A stretch of DNA of 64,000 nt. Source: Fibrobacteria bacterium (GTDB lineage: Bacteria > Fibrobacterota > Chitinivibrionia > Chitinivibrionales > FEN-1185). Positions 29,842-38,448 of this stretch are shown here, one piece after another (the stretch's first letter is position 1; the number at the start of each line of letters is the position of its first letter). The DNA lies in NCBI GenBank assembly GCA_037447435.1, contig JBBIGR010000005.1, forward strand, positions 32,001 to 96,000. Direction: 5' to 3'. The translations under genes and the position numbers were made by a program. The notes under the pieces are model-generated. The model did no database searches. It worked only from the letters and a program-made list of their open reading frames with translations, and was not told the DNA's origin.

Positions 29842-30141
29842 ATGGAATCAAGTGCCTATATCGGCTTGGCAATTACAATCTTTTTTATCGGCGTTTTCGG
29901 CATGCTTGTTCGCAAGAGTGCTTTTTTATTCCTGATGTCCATCGAGCTCATGCTTAATTCCGCAAATCTAGCGTGGGTAACCTTTGCCAAAGTCCATGGA
30001 AATCTTGATGGGCACGTATATGCCTTTTTTATTATGGCCCTTGCTGCAGCCGAAGCATGCGTAGGTCTGGCTATCATAGTCCTATTTTACCGGAAACGAC
30101 GCTCGGTGATTCTCGACAATGCCAAGGAAATGAGTAAATAA
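29842..30141 (+). CDS. nuoK: NADH-quinone oxidoreductase subunit K
   Basis: LMSIELMLNSANL, ALAAAEACVGLAI. Confidence 0.95.
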   Translation: MESSAYIGLAITIFFIGVFGMLVRKSAFLFLMSIELMLNSANLAWVTFAKVHGNLDGHVYAFFIMALAAAEACVGLAIIVLFYRKRRSVILDNAKEMSK

Positions 30142-32084
30142 TGGACCGTCAATCTATCGAACAACTTTTATGGGTTATTCCATTTGCTCCCCTTATAGGC
30201 GCTCTTGCAATAGGATTATTATGCGCTCTTTCGCCCAAGCGAGGCTCGTTTCCGTCGCGAACCGTCGTGGGCTTTCTCGCTTGTTTGGGGCCTTTGGCCT
30301 CATTTATGGTCGCCGGCGGCGTATTCCTTGCTTTAGGAAAATCGCCCGAAACAACGCCTGTGCATCAAACGCTTTTCTCCTGGATACAATGCGGCGCTTT
30401 TTCCATAAATTTTGCCTTTGAAGCCGACCGTCTTACCGCAGTGATGTTGATGTTTGTCACCTTTGTTGGAACGATCATTCATTTCTATTCAATCGGCTAT
30501 ATGGGACATGATAAAGGATATGCACGTTTTTTTTCCTATCTCAATTTATTTCTTTCCGCAATGCTCATTTTGGTACTCGGTTCAAACTTGGTACTCATGT
30601 TTCTCGGATGGGAAGGCGTTGGACTTTGTTCCTATTTGCTCATTGCATTCTGGTTCGATGATGAGGCAAAAGCCATAGCTGGGAAAAAAGCGTTTATCGT
30701 CAATCGAATCGGCGACTTCGGTTTTGTCCTTGGAATCTTTCTCATTTATACCACGCTTCTAAAAAACGGTCCGTCTTCGCTTGAGTTTTCGTTTTTAGCA
30801 ACCCATGCCTATCTTCTTGCTCCCGTAGCTACGATTGCGTCTCTTTTACTTTTTACCGGAGCAATGGGAAAAAGCGCGCAAATCCCCTTGTATGTGTGGT
30901 TGCCCGATGCAATGGCAGGCCCGACGCCGGTCTCGGCACTCATTCATGCCGCAACCATGGTCACCGCAGGCGTTTTTATGGTTGCGCGTATGCATTTTCT
31001 TTTTGACTTATCACCATTGTCCGGACAACTGGTAGCCGGAGTAGGAATTGCCACTGCGTTAGTCGCGGCACTTATCGGATTCGGCCAAAATGATATAAAA
31101 AAGGTTCTTGCGTATTCGACAGTAAGCCAATTGGGATATATGTTTGTTGCCGTCGGGGCAGGAGCCTATAGTGCCGGGATTTTTCATGTATTTACTCATG
31201 CATTTTTCAAAGCATGTCTCTTTCTCGGTGCGGGATCGGTCATTCATGCATTGCACGAAGAACAGGACATACGAAAAATGGGCGGTTTGTTAAAAAAATT
31301 GCCCATAACCGGAACAACATTTTTAATAGCCTGGCTTGCCATATGCGGCATACCTCCTTTCGCAGGATTTTTCAGCAAAGATGAAATTCTTTGGAGTGTG
31401 TTCAACACCTGGGGAGCATATGGTAAAATTTTATGGGTGCTCGGGCTGTTTGGCGCCGGTTGCACGGCTTTTTACATGTCTAGGCTCGTCTTTATCACTT
31501 TTTTCGGAAAAAATCGTTCGTCAACAGCTTTTGAAAAAATCCATGAATCCCCTCCCATCATGACTATTCCGCTTATTATCCTTGCTTTGGGTTCGGTGTT
31601 GGTTGGTTTTTTCGGAATACCGGAAGCTTTAGGCGGATCAAATGTGTTTGCATCATGGTTGACACCTGTTTTCGGCGAACATACCAGTGCGACGCATTCA
31701 AATTTCATTGAGTACGTAGTAATGGCATTATCCGTGAGCGTGGCGTTCATCGGAATCACTATCGCATATATAAAGTACGTTCGAAAGCCTTTTATTGCCT
31801 CTGAACCTCGCGGGATCGCAGCTTTTGCCGAAGCGGCATTTCATGTTGATGCGCTTTACCGAATAGTGCTAATCAATCCTCTCTTTTCTTTTACTCGAAA
31901 CATTCTCTTCCGTGTTGTTGACGTGGCCATCATCGACGGAGCGGTAAACGGAATCGCAAAACTATCGTCCGTTTCAGGGGGCCTTGTTCGTCGGTTACAA
32001 ACAGGAACGGTCAGAACCTATTTGTATTATTTTGGTGCCGGCGCTGCACTATTAATGCTCATTGTTTACATTGGAAAGTGGTAG
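30141..32084 (+). CDS. nuoL: NADH-quinone oxidoreductase subunit L
   Basis: GWEGVGLCSYLLI, KKAFIVNRIGD, GKSAQIPLYVWLPDAMAGPTPVSALIHAATMV, THAFFKA. Confidence 0.97.
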   Translation: MDRQSIEQLLWVIPFAPLIGALAIGLLCALSPKRGSFPSRTVVGFLACLGPLASFMVAGGVFLALGKSPETTPVHQTLFSWIQCGAFSINFAFEADRLTAVMLMFVTFVGTIIHFYSIGYMGHDKGYARFFSYLNLFLSAMLILVLGSNLVLMFLGWEGVGLCSYLLIAFWFDDEAKAIAGKKAFIVNRIGDFGFVLGIFLIYTTLLKNGPSSLEFSFLATHAYLLAPVATIASLLLFTGAMGKSAQIPLYVWLPDAMAGPTPVSALIHAATMVTAGVFMVARMHFLFDLSPLSGQLVAGVGIATALVAALIGFGQNDIKKVLAYSTVSQLGYMFVAVGAGAYSAGIFHVFTHAFFKACLFLGAGSVIHALHEEQDIRKMGGLLKKLPITGTTFLIAWLAICGIPPFAGFFSKDEILWSVFNTWGAYGKILWVLGLFGAGCTAFYMSRLVFITFFGKNRSSTAFEKIHESPPIMTIPLIILALGSVLVGFFGIPEALGGSNVFASWLTPVFGEHTSATHSNFIEYVVMALSVSVAFIGITIAYIKYVRKPFIASEPRGIAAFAEAAFHVDALYRIVLINPLFSFTRNILFRVVDVAIIDGAVNGIAKLSSVSGGLVRRLQTGTVRTYLYYFGAGAALLMLIVYIGKW

Positions 32085-33635
32085 ATGCAAATGAACGTAC
32101 CCATGCTTTCTATTCTCACCTTTTTGCCGCTCGGGACGTTCGTGCTCCTGCTTCTGACGCCGCAAGGATCGTCGAAACTCCATCGAAATCTTTCCTTATG
32201 CGTTTCCCTTTTTGTTTTTTTGATTTCATGCGTGATCCTTAAAGATTTTATTCCGACAAGCATCCCCCAATTCGCCGAACGTTTCCCGCTCATCGACAAA
32301 TGGGGAATTTCATATTCGGTTTCCGTCGATGGCATCAGCATATTTCTCGTGATGCTTGTAACGTTTCTTACCCCTATTGTTGTTCTTTGTTCTTATAAGT
32401 ACATTACCAAAAACACACGCGAATACTACGGATTGATCCTGTTGCTCGAATTCGGTATGATCGGGACGCTTGTTGCGGCAGATGCGATGTTGTTTTACGT
32501 GTTCTGGGAAATAATGCTAGTGCCCATGTTTTTTATCATCGGAATGTGGGGTGGAGAACGACGGGTTTACGCGACAATAAAATTCGTATTGTTTACCCTC
32601 GTCGGGTCCCTGCTGTTGTTAATCGGATTGATTTATACTGCATGGAAAGCGTCAAAAGGCGGACATATTTCATTTGCGATCAGCGACATGCACAACGTGG
32701 TGCTGTCCACAAAAGAACAGCTCTGGCTTTTCGGTGCATTCTCCCTCGCGTTCGCAATAAAAGTGCCGATGTTTCCTTTACATACCTGGTTGCCCGACGC
32801 TCACACGGAAGCCCCGACCGGCGGAAGTGTCATTTTGGCCGGCGTTCTGCTGAAAATGGGCGTATACGGGTTTCTGCGTTTTGTTTTTCCGATCTTGCCA
32901 ACCGCGTCCCATCTATTTGCGCCGGTTATGATTATTCTCTCGATCATCGGCATCATTTACGGCGCACTTGTCGCTTTTGTGCAAACCGACATAAAAAAGC
33001 TTGTTGCATATTCATCAGTGAGTCATTTGGGTTACGTCATGCTGGGCCTTTTCGTTTTTTCACTCCAAGGCTTTCAGGGCGGCATGTATCAGATGATCAA
33101 TCATGGACTTTCGACAGGAGCGCTTTTCCTCATTGTAGGAATGTTGTATGAACGTCGCCACACCCGACTCATGAGTGAATTCGGCGGATTGGCAAAAACA
33201 GTCCCTCTACTTGCGATTGTATTCATGGTTTCAATGCTTTCTTCGGTAGGTCTGCCCGGGTTAAACGGATTTATCGGCGAATTCCTCATACTCCTGGCAA
33301 CGTTTGCGGCATCCCCCCTGTATGCCGCTTTTGCCGCCAGCGGTGTAATTCTCGGCGCTGTTTATTTATTCCATTTGTATCAAAAAGTAATGTTCGGCCC
33401 GATAACAAAACAGGAAAATGAAAAATTACCCGACCTTTCTTTTCGCGAAGCAATCATCATGATTCCGATTCTTTTGCTTATGGTTATAATGGGGCTATTC
33501 CCGAACCCGATTCTTAAAAGGACAGAACCGTCGATGCAGAAAATCATTCAACAAGTAAATTTATCGACTATGCAGACTCGCGATTTTTCTGCGGCGCTAC
33601 AACAAGATCAAGGGAGTATCAATCATGACCGCTGA
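32085..33635 (+). CDS. nuoM: NADH-quinone oxidoreductase subunit M
   Basis: FYVFWE, AIKVPMFPLHTWLPDAHTEAPTGGSVILAGVLLKMG, AYSSVSHLG. Confidence 0.97.
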   Translation: MQMNVPMLSILTFLPLGTFVLLLLTPQGSSKLHRNLSLCVSLFVFLISCVILKDFIPTSIPQFAERFPLIDKWGISYSVSVDGISIFLVMLVTFLTPIVVLCSYKYITKNTREYYGLILLLEFGMIGTLVAADAMLFYVFWEIMLVPMFFIIGMWGGERRVYATIKFVLFTLVGSLLLLIGLIYTAWKASKGGHISFAISDMHNVVLSTKEQLWLFGAFSLAFAIKVPMFPLHTWLPDAHTEAPTGGSVILAGVLLKMGVYGFLRFVFPILPTASHLFAPVMIILSIIGIIYGALVAFVQTDIKKLVAYSSVSHLGYVMLGLFVFSLQGFQGGMYQMINHGLSTGALFLIVGMLYERRHTRLMSEFGGLAKTVPLLAIVFMVSMLSSVGLPGLNGFIGEFLILLATFAASPLYAAFAASGVILGAVYLFHLYQKVMFGPITKQENEKLPDLSFREAIIMIPILLLMVIMGLFPNPILKRTEPSMQKIIQQVNLSTMQTRDFSAALQQDQGSINHDR

Positions 33636-35109
33636 CGTAGCCTTGTTGTTGCCGGTCATTATACCGGCATTAGGTGCAATAATCATTTTCCTTCTTTCGG
33701 CCTTTTTCCCCTCTCGCGCTTTTGCTTTATTTATAACCGTTGCAGCCGTTATTCTCGGAGCTGTTTTCACTCATGGTTGGAATAATTCATATACGCTTTT
33801 TTCCGGGATGTTGCATATAGATTCGTTTGCACAAATCAGTGCATTATTCTGTTTCGCGATTTCCGGTATAGCCGCAATTGCGGCACCCTCATATTTCAAA
33901 AGAATGAATCTGGATTTTGGAGAAGAATATTATGCTTTGCTTTTAGCGGCAACCGCAGGGATGGTAATCATGGTTGCGGCAAACGATCTCATGGTTCTTT
34001 TCATAAATCTCGAGCTTGTCTCAATCACGACCTATATCATGTGCGGTATGAACCGAAACAGCCAAAAATCAACCGAATCCGCCTTGAAATATTTTGTCAC
34101 CGGCGCAGCATCGGCGGCGTTTATGCTTTTCGGCATTGCACTGGTATTCGGTAGTACCGGCTCAACCGATCTGACCGTTATTGCCGCGCAAATCCATTCG
34201 GGCAATTCCGGATTCTCGACACCTTTGTTTCCATTAGCTTTACTTCTCATTGCCATCGGTTTTTTCTTCAAGCTGGGCCTTTTTCCGTTTCATGCGTGGC
34301 TCCCGGATGTTTACGAAGGCGCACCTACCCCTACCACAGGATTCATGGCAGCTGCAATACGGACCGTAGTCGGTATTGTGCTCATTCGACTCATAGTCGA
34401 TCTTTTTGAGCCCGGCATGCCGAGTTTAACTGCAATAGTATGGTGGATCAGCGTCATTTCTATGACAATCGGTAATTTAGGGGCCATTCGTCAAAATAAC
34501 GTCAAGCGAATGCTCGGATATTCGAGCATTGCCCATGCAGGATATTTGCTGATCGGGTTTGTCGCGCTTTCCTCTACACGGCTTTTAGGGGCCGAGGCGA
34601 TTCTTTATTATTTAATTTCCTATTCGTTAATGTCGCTCGGCATTTTTATTTTCGTTGGACAGGTAGAACAAAAAGGCGAATCAGACCTCCAATTCGACAG
34701 CTATCGCGGTCTTGGTTTGCGCCAACCATTTGTCGGCTTGCTCGCATCGATTTTACTTTTATCCTTAACAGGAATTCCGCCGTTCGCAGGGTTCTGGGGA
34801 AAATTCTCCCTATTTTCCGCTGCATTGCATGACGGCTATACGGGTCTTGCCGTCATAGGAGCTCTCAATAGCGTCTTGTCGGCCTATTATTATTTTAGGC
34901 TTATGGTAAATATGTATATGAAAACGCCGGACGCCCGCGAAACGAACTCTTCGTACGTACGGGCGCCCCTTGTCACGACCGGTATGGCTATTTGCAGTGT
35001 TCTCATGATTTGGCTGGGAATTGGTCCGGTTTCTATCGGTAATTTCCTGCCTTCTGTAAACTCCCTCTGGGTATCGATCGGTAACGGCGTTTCCGTTCTC
35101 CTTCATTGA
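33625..35109 (+). CDS. nuoN: NADH-quinone oxidoreductase subunit N
   Basis: ESALKYFVTG, FKLGLFPFHAWLPDVYEGAPTP, KRMLGYSSIAHAGY, GIPPFAGFWGK. Confidence 0.96.
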   Translation: MTADVALLLPVIIPALGAIIIFLLSAFFPSRAFALFITVAAVILGAVFTHGWNNSYTLFSGMLHIDSFAQISALFCFAISGIAAIAAPSYFKRMNLDFGEEYYALLLAATAGMVIMVAANDLMVLFINLELVSITTYIMCGMNRNSQKSTESALKYFVTGAASAAFMLFGIALVFGSTGSTDLTVIAAQIHSGNSGFSTPLFPLALLLIAIGFFFKLGLFPFHAWLPDVYEGAPTPTTGFMAAAIRTVVGIVLIRLIVDLFEPGMPSLTAIVWWISVISMTIGNLGAIRQNNVKRMLGYSSIAHAGYLLIGFVALSSTRLLGAEAILYYLISYSLMSLGIFIFVGQVEQKGESDLQFDSYRGLGLRQPFVGLLASILLLSLTGIPPFAGFWGKFSLFSAALHDGYTGLAVIGALNSVLSAYYYFRLMVNMYMKTPDARETNSSYVRAPLVTTGMAICSVLMIWLGIGPVSIGNFLPSVNSLWVSIGNGVSVLLH

Positions 35110-35121
35110 CAAACTGCGAAG

Positions 35122-35931
35122 TTATTTTTGCACCGTAACCTTTGCATCCTCGATCATTAACGCAAACTTATATCCCGCTCCGATGTCCTTGTCTTTGGAA
35201 AGCGTACCTTCGGCAACTACGATTTGACCGACAATAGGATTGTCTTTGGTTGTTACAATAATATCGTTGGCACCTTCGTTACCCGTTCCATCGCGAAGAT
35301 GCAACCAGTTTTTATTCATGATATTGTCGTTCGCATGGACTATAACGCCGCATAAAACGACCTTTTTTCCCTTTAATGTTTCCTTTTGCGCAAAAAGCTC
35401 GGCTACGGAATTGCCATTCGGCACTTTCTTTATTTTTGTGAAATCCGCTTTGACTCCTGGATCCATTTGGGGCGTATGTCCCATTGCACCTTGCAACGAA
35501 ATCTGTTCCATCGGTGACGCCGCGGGTTTCATCGCGCACGCCTTATAGGAAGAATTTGCGTCGCCTTTTTTCACGATTCCGCCCGCGAAATAAACCAAGT
35601 CGAATGTTCTGTTCAGTGTTTTGCTATGATAATCCTTCATGGGCATTACATCCATGACATCAATTGTATCGCCGATTGTCAATTTGGATTGCGGAGAAGC
35701 AACCCACACGTTGGCATCGGAGGTTTTTACGAACACATACGTATATCCTGCCGTATTAATCGTATCGAGAACCACTCCAGTTAATGACACCTGCTTTGAA
35801 GCCATACCGGTGTTTGCCGGGCATACGGACGAGCTTTTCCCGTCTCCCATTTTGTTCGACGCGGGTCTATTGGAATTACAGGAATTAATTAAGAAAGCAC
35901 ATCCTAAAAAAAGCACGCAAAACATCTTCAT
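35122..35931 (-). CDS. NrfJ-like / tandem OB-fold lipoprotein (paralog of 1533-2315)
   Basis: AGGAG RBS before ATG 35931; lipobox INSC; TAGYTY..SKTLNRTFDLVYFAG and KNWLHLRDGTG motifs shared with the 1533 protein. Confidence 0.7.
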   Translation of the reverse strand: MKMFCVLFLGCAFLINSCNSNRPASNKMGDGKSSSVCPANTGMASKQVSLTGVVLDTINTAGYTYVFVKTSDANVWVASPQSKLTIGDTIDVMDVMPMKDYHSKTLNRTFDLVYFAGGIVKKGDANSSYKACAMKPAASPMEQISLQGAMGHTPQMDPGVKADFTKIKKVPNGNSVAELFAQKETLKGKKVVLCGVIVHANDNIMNKNWLHLRDGTGNEGANDIIVTTKDNPIVGQIVVAEGTLSKDKDIGAGYKFALMIEDAKVTVQK

Positions 35932-36119
35932 GAAACAACTCCTTTTTTTCGGGAATACGAGCATGATTAAATCGCAAAAAGCATATTTTCCAAAAAACCA
36001 TCCAAAATTGGTCTACAATACAATAACCTGTAACCGCTTCAATATAATTCGATTTAAAATTCACAATTGACATAAGTATTTATTATTTCTGCTTTATAAC
36101 AAAACCCGCACCAACAGTA

Positions 36120-36194
36120 CTCGGACAAATACGTTGCTAACCCTGTCATTATTGCTTCGATGGACAAGGTGCAACCGGATTTTTTTGTCCCGAG
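36120..36194. other. Long imperfect intergenic hairpin (possible structured RNA)
   Basis: Nested pairings CTCGGACAAA/TTTGTCCCGAG, GTTGC/GCAAC, ACC/GGT, TGTCAT/ATGGACA. Confidence 0.4.
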
Positions 36195-36232
36195 CAGTTA
36201 ATCCAACATGGTGACAAAACCCCTTCCGCACA

Positions 36233-36269
36233 GATTGAAATTCATCCTTGGGGCAGATGAAAACCGGTC
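36233..36269. promoter_or_regulatory. Third copy of the tandem 14-bp boxes
   Basis: GATTGAAATTCATC (36233-36246; one mismatch to the 2315 box) and GATGAAAACCGGTC (36256-36269), starts 23 bp apart; between the divergent OB-fold gene and hemE. Confidence 0.55.
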
Positions 36270-36470
36270 TCATAATCGATGTGATTTCTCTCTATTTCCC
36301 GAAATATCCATTGTTTGATGCGAGACGTATATTTTAATTTGTACCGCCTCACTGCCGAGCATTACGAAAGGAAAGACGGCGTGCCGATCTATATTCAATA
36401 GCGATTATATCCGAACTCTCGGTTTCCTGCATAGCAATTTTACAAGCACATTTTTACTCAAGGATATCAC

Positions 36471-37502
36471 ATGTCAAGATCAGACAGGTTTTTAAACGCA
36501 TGCCGTCGCCAAGAGGTTGATTGCACTCCCGTGTGGATGATGCGTCAGGCCGGAAGATATCTTCCCGAATATCGGGAAATCCGGAAAAATCACGGTTTTT
36601 TGGAAATGTGCAAAACTCCCGAGCTTGCGGCAGAGGTTACGATTCAACCGATCCGCCGGTTCGATATCGACGCAGCAATAATTTTTGCGGATATCCTGCT
36701 TCCTCTTGAGCCCATGGGAATCGATTTGGAATTTGCAAAAGGAGAAGGACCCATTATCCATAATCCCATCCGGTCGAGAAGCGATGTCACAAAATTGAAG
36801 CCGATCGACACCAAGACGTCTATACGCTACCTTTTAGATGCGATCAAAATTGTTCAGAACGAATTACAAGGCAAAGTGCCGCTTATCGGCTTTTCGGGAG
36901 CTCCATTTACTCTTGCAAGTTATATTATCGAAGCTGGCGGTTCAAAAGAATATGTTAACACAAAGACCATGATGTTTGGCGATCCCGCAACCTGGCATAA
37001 GCTCATGGAACATCTTACCGGCGTTATCATCGATTACTTAAATGCTCAAATAGATACCGGCGTTAATGCCGTGCAACTTTTCGATAGTTGGGTTGGAACG
37101 CTGAGCACCGCCGATTACCGGGAATTCGTGTTGCCGCATCAAAAAAACGTAATAGCAGGAATCAAGAAAACCGTACCGCTCATACATTTCGCCTTTGGCG
37201 CCTCGCATCTGATTGAACTCGTCTCTGAAGCTGGAGGAGATGTGATCGGTCTTGACTGGCGATGCGATATTGCAACGGCATGGAAACGGGTCGGATACGA
37301 CAAGGCGGTACAAGGAAATCTCGACCCCATCTCTTTGTTTACGCAAGAGGATACAATCAAGCGACGCGTTAAGGACATCCTAGCATTAGCGGAAAACAGA
37401 AACGGTCATATCATGAACCTCGGCCATGGGATATTAAAGGAAACCCCCATAGAGAATGCCGAGGCATTTATCAACGCCGTCCACGAATTCAGCAAACGGT
37501 AA
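36471..37502 (+). CDS. hemE: Uroporphyrinogen decarboxylase (UroD)
   Basis: PVWMMRQAGRYLPEY, DAAIIFADIL, LIGFSGAPFTLASY, VQGNLDP, NLGHGI. Confidence 0.97.
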   Translation: MSRSDRFLNACRRQEVDCTPVWMMRQAGRYLPEYREIRKNHGFLEMCKTPELAAEVTIQPIRRFDIDAAIIFADILLPLEPMGIDLEFAKGEGPIIHNPIRSRSDVTKLKPIDTKTSIRYLLDAIKIVQNELQGKVPLIGFSGAPFTLASYIIEAGGSKEYVNTKTMMFGDPATWHKLMEHLTGVIIDYLNAQIDTGVNAVQLFDSWVGTLSTADYREFVLPHQKNVIAGIKKTVPLIHFAFGASHLIELVSEAGGDVIGLDWRCDIATAWKRVGYDKAVQGNLDPISLFTQEDTIKRRVKDILALAENRNGHIMNLGHGILKETPIENAEAFINAVHEFSKR

Positions 37503-37521
37503 TTTTAAAAAGGCATTTTTC

Positions 37522-38427
37522 ATGACCCAACATATTGGCGTAATCCTCGTCGCACTCGGCGGCCCGCATTCACTCGATGATGTCGGGCCTTTTATGACTG
37601 CTTTTATGGGAAAACCGGCGCCGTTGCCTGTCGTAGCAGCCGTGCAAGAACGCTATAAATTGATAGGCGGTAAATCGCCTTTGGTAGAAATTGTTAAATG
37701 CCAGGCACACGCGTTGGAAAACAAACTCGGACCGCATTTCCGGGTCTACGCCGGTTTCAGACATTCCAACCCGACCATTGCAGAGGCATATGAATCGGCC
37801 TTAAAAAACGCAGCCGATACGGTTGTCGCAATGTCTCTTTCTCCCTATGAAACAATCATCACAACCGGATCATATAAAAAAGCATTTGACGAATTGCACA
37901 TCCCAGAAAACAGATTCACGTTTATTCCCAGTTTCCATGACAACCCGTCCTTTTTGCAGGCCTGGCAAGATTCCATCGATCAAGTCACTTCGGAATTCGA
38001 AAGATCCAATTCCGTATTCATTTTTACGAGCCATAGTCTTCCCATGCACCTCATCGATAGCGGAGACCCATATAAAAATCAAGTTGAAGAAACGGTTGCT
38101 GCAATATCCTCAAAATTATCTCTGAAACATTGGGTAGTCGGCTGGCAAAGCAAGGGAGCCCGATCCACAGAACCGTGGTTGGAACCTTCCGTTGAATCAA
38201 TTTTAGAATCCATCGCAAAAAGCGGAACAAAACCAAAACAGGTTGTCGAGATCCCAATCGGATTTACCTGCGATCATTTGGAAACCCTTTACGACATCGA
38301 TATTGTTCATAAGGGAATTGCCGATTCATTGGGACTTTCATTCAAACGCGTTGCTTCTTTAAACACAAATCCGGCTTTCATCAATGCACTTGCCGACATT
38401 ATTAATAAGCAAACATCTTCGATTTGA
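37522..38427 (+). CDS. hemH: Ferrochelatase (probably coproporphyrin ferrochelatase CpfC)
   Basis: ATG 37522; LGGP, RYKLIGGKSPL, SHSLP, WLEP, GFTCDHLETLYDID. Confidence 0.93.
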   Translation: MTQHIGVILVALGGPHSLDDVGPFMTAFMGKPAPLPVVAAVQERYKLIGGKSPLVEIVKCQAHALENKLGPHFRVYAGFRHSNPTIAEAYESALKNAADTVVAMSLSPYETIITTGSYKKAFDELHIPENRFTFIPSFHDNPSFLQAWQDSIDQVTSEFERSNSVFIFTSHSLPMHLIDSGDPYKNQVEETVAAISSKLSLKHWVVGWQSKGARSTEPWLEPSVESILESIAKSGTKPKQVVEIPIGFTCDHLETLYDIDIVHKGIADSLGLSFKRVASLNTNPAFINALADIINKQTSSI

Positions 38428-38448
38428 TGAACTTTTAGGAGACCTTTC

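Noticed and set aside
36067..36100. TTGACA sigma70 -35 element in the hemE upstream region
   Set aside because: No -10 hexamer at 16-18 bp spacing.
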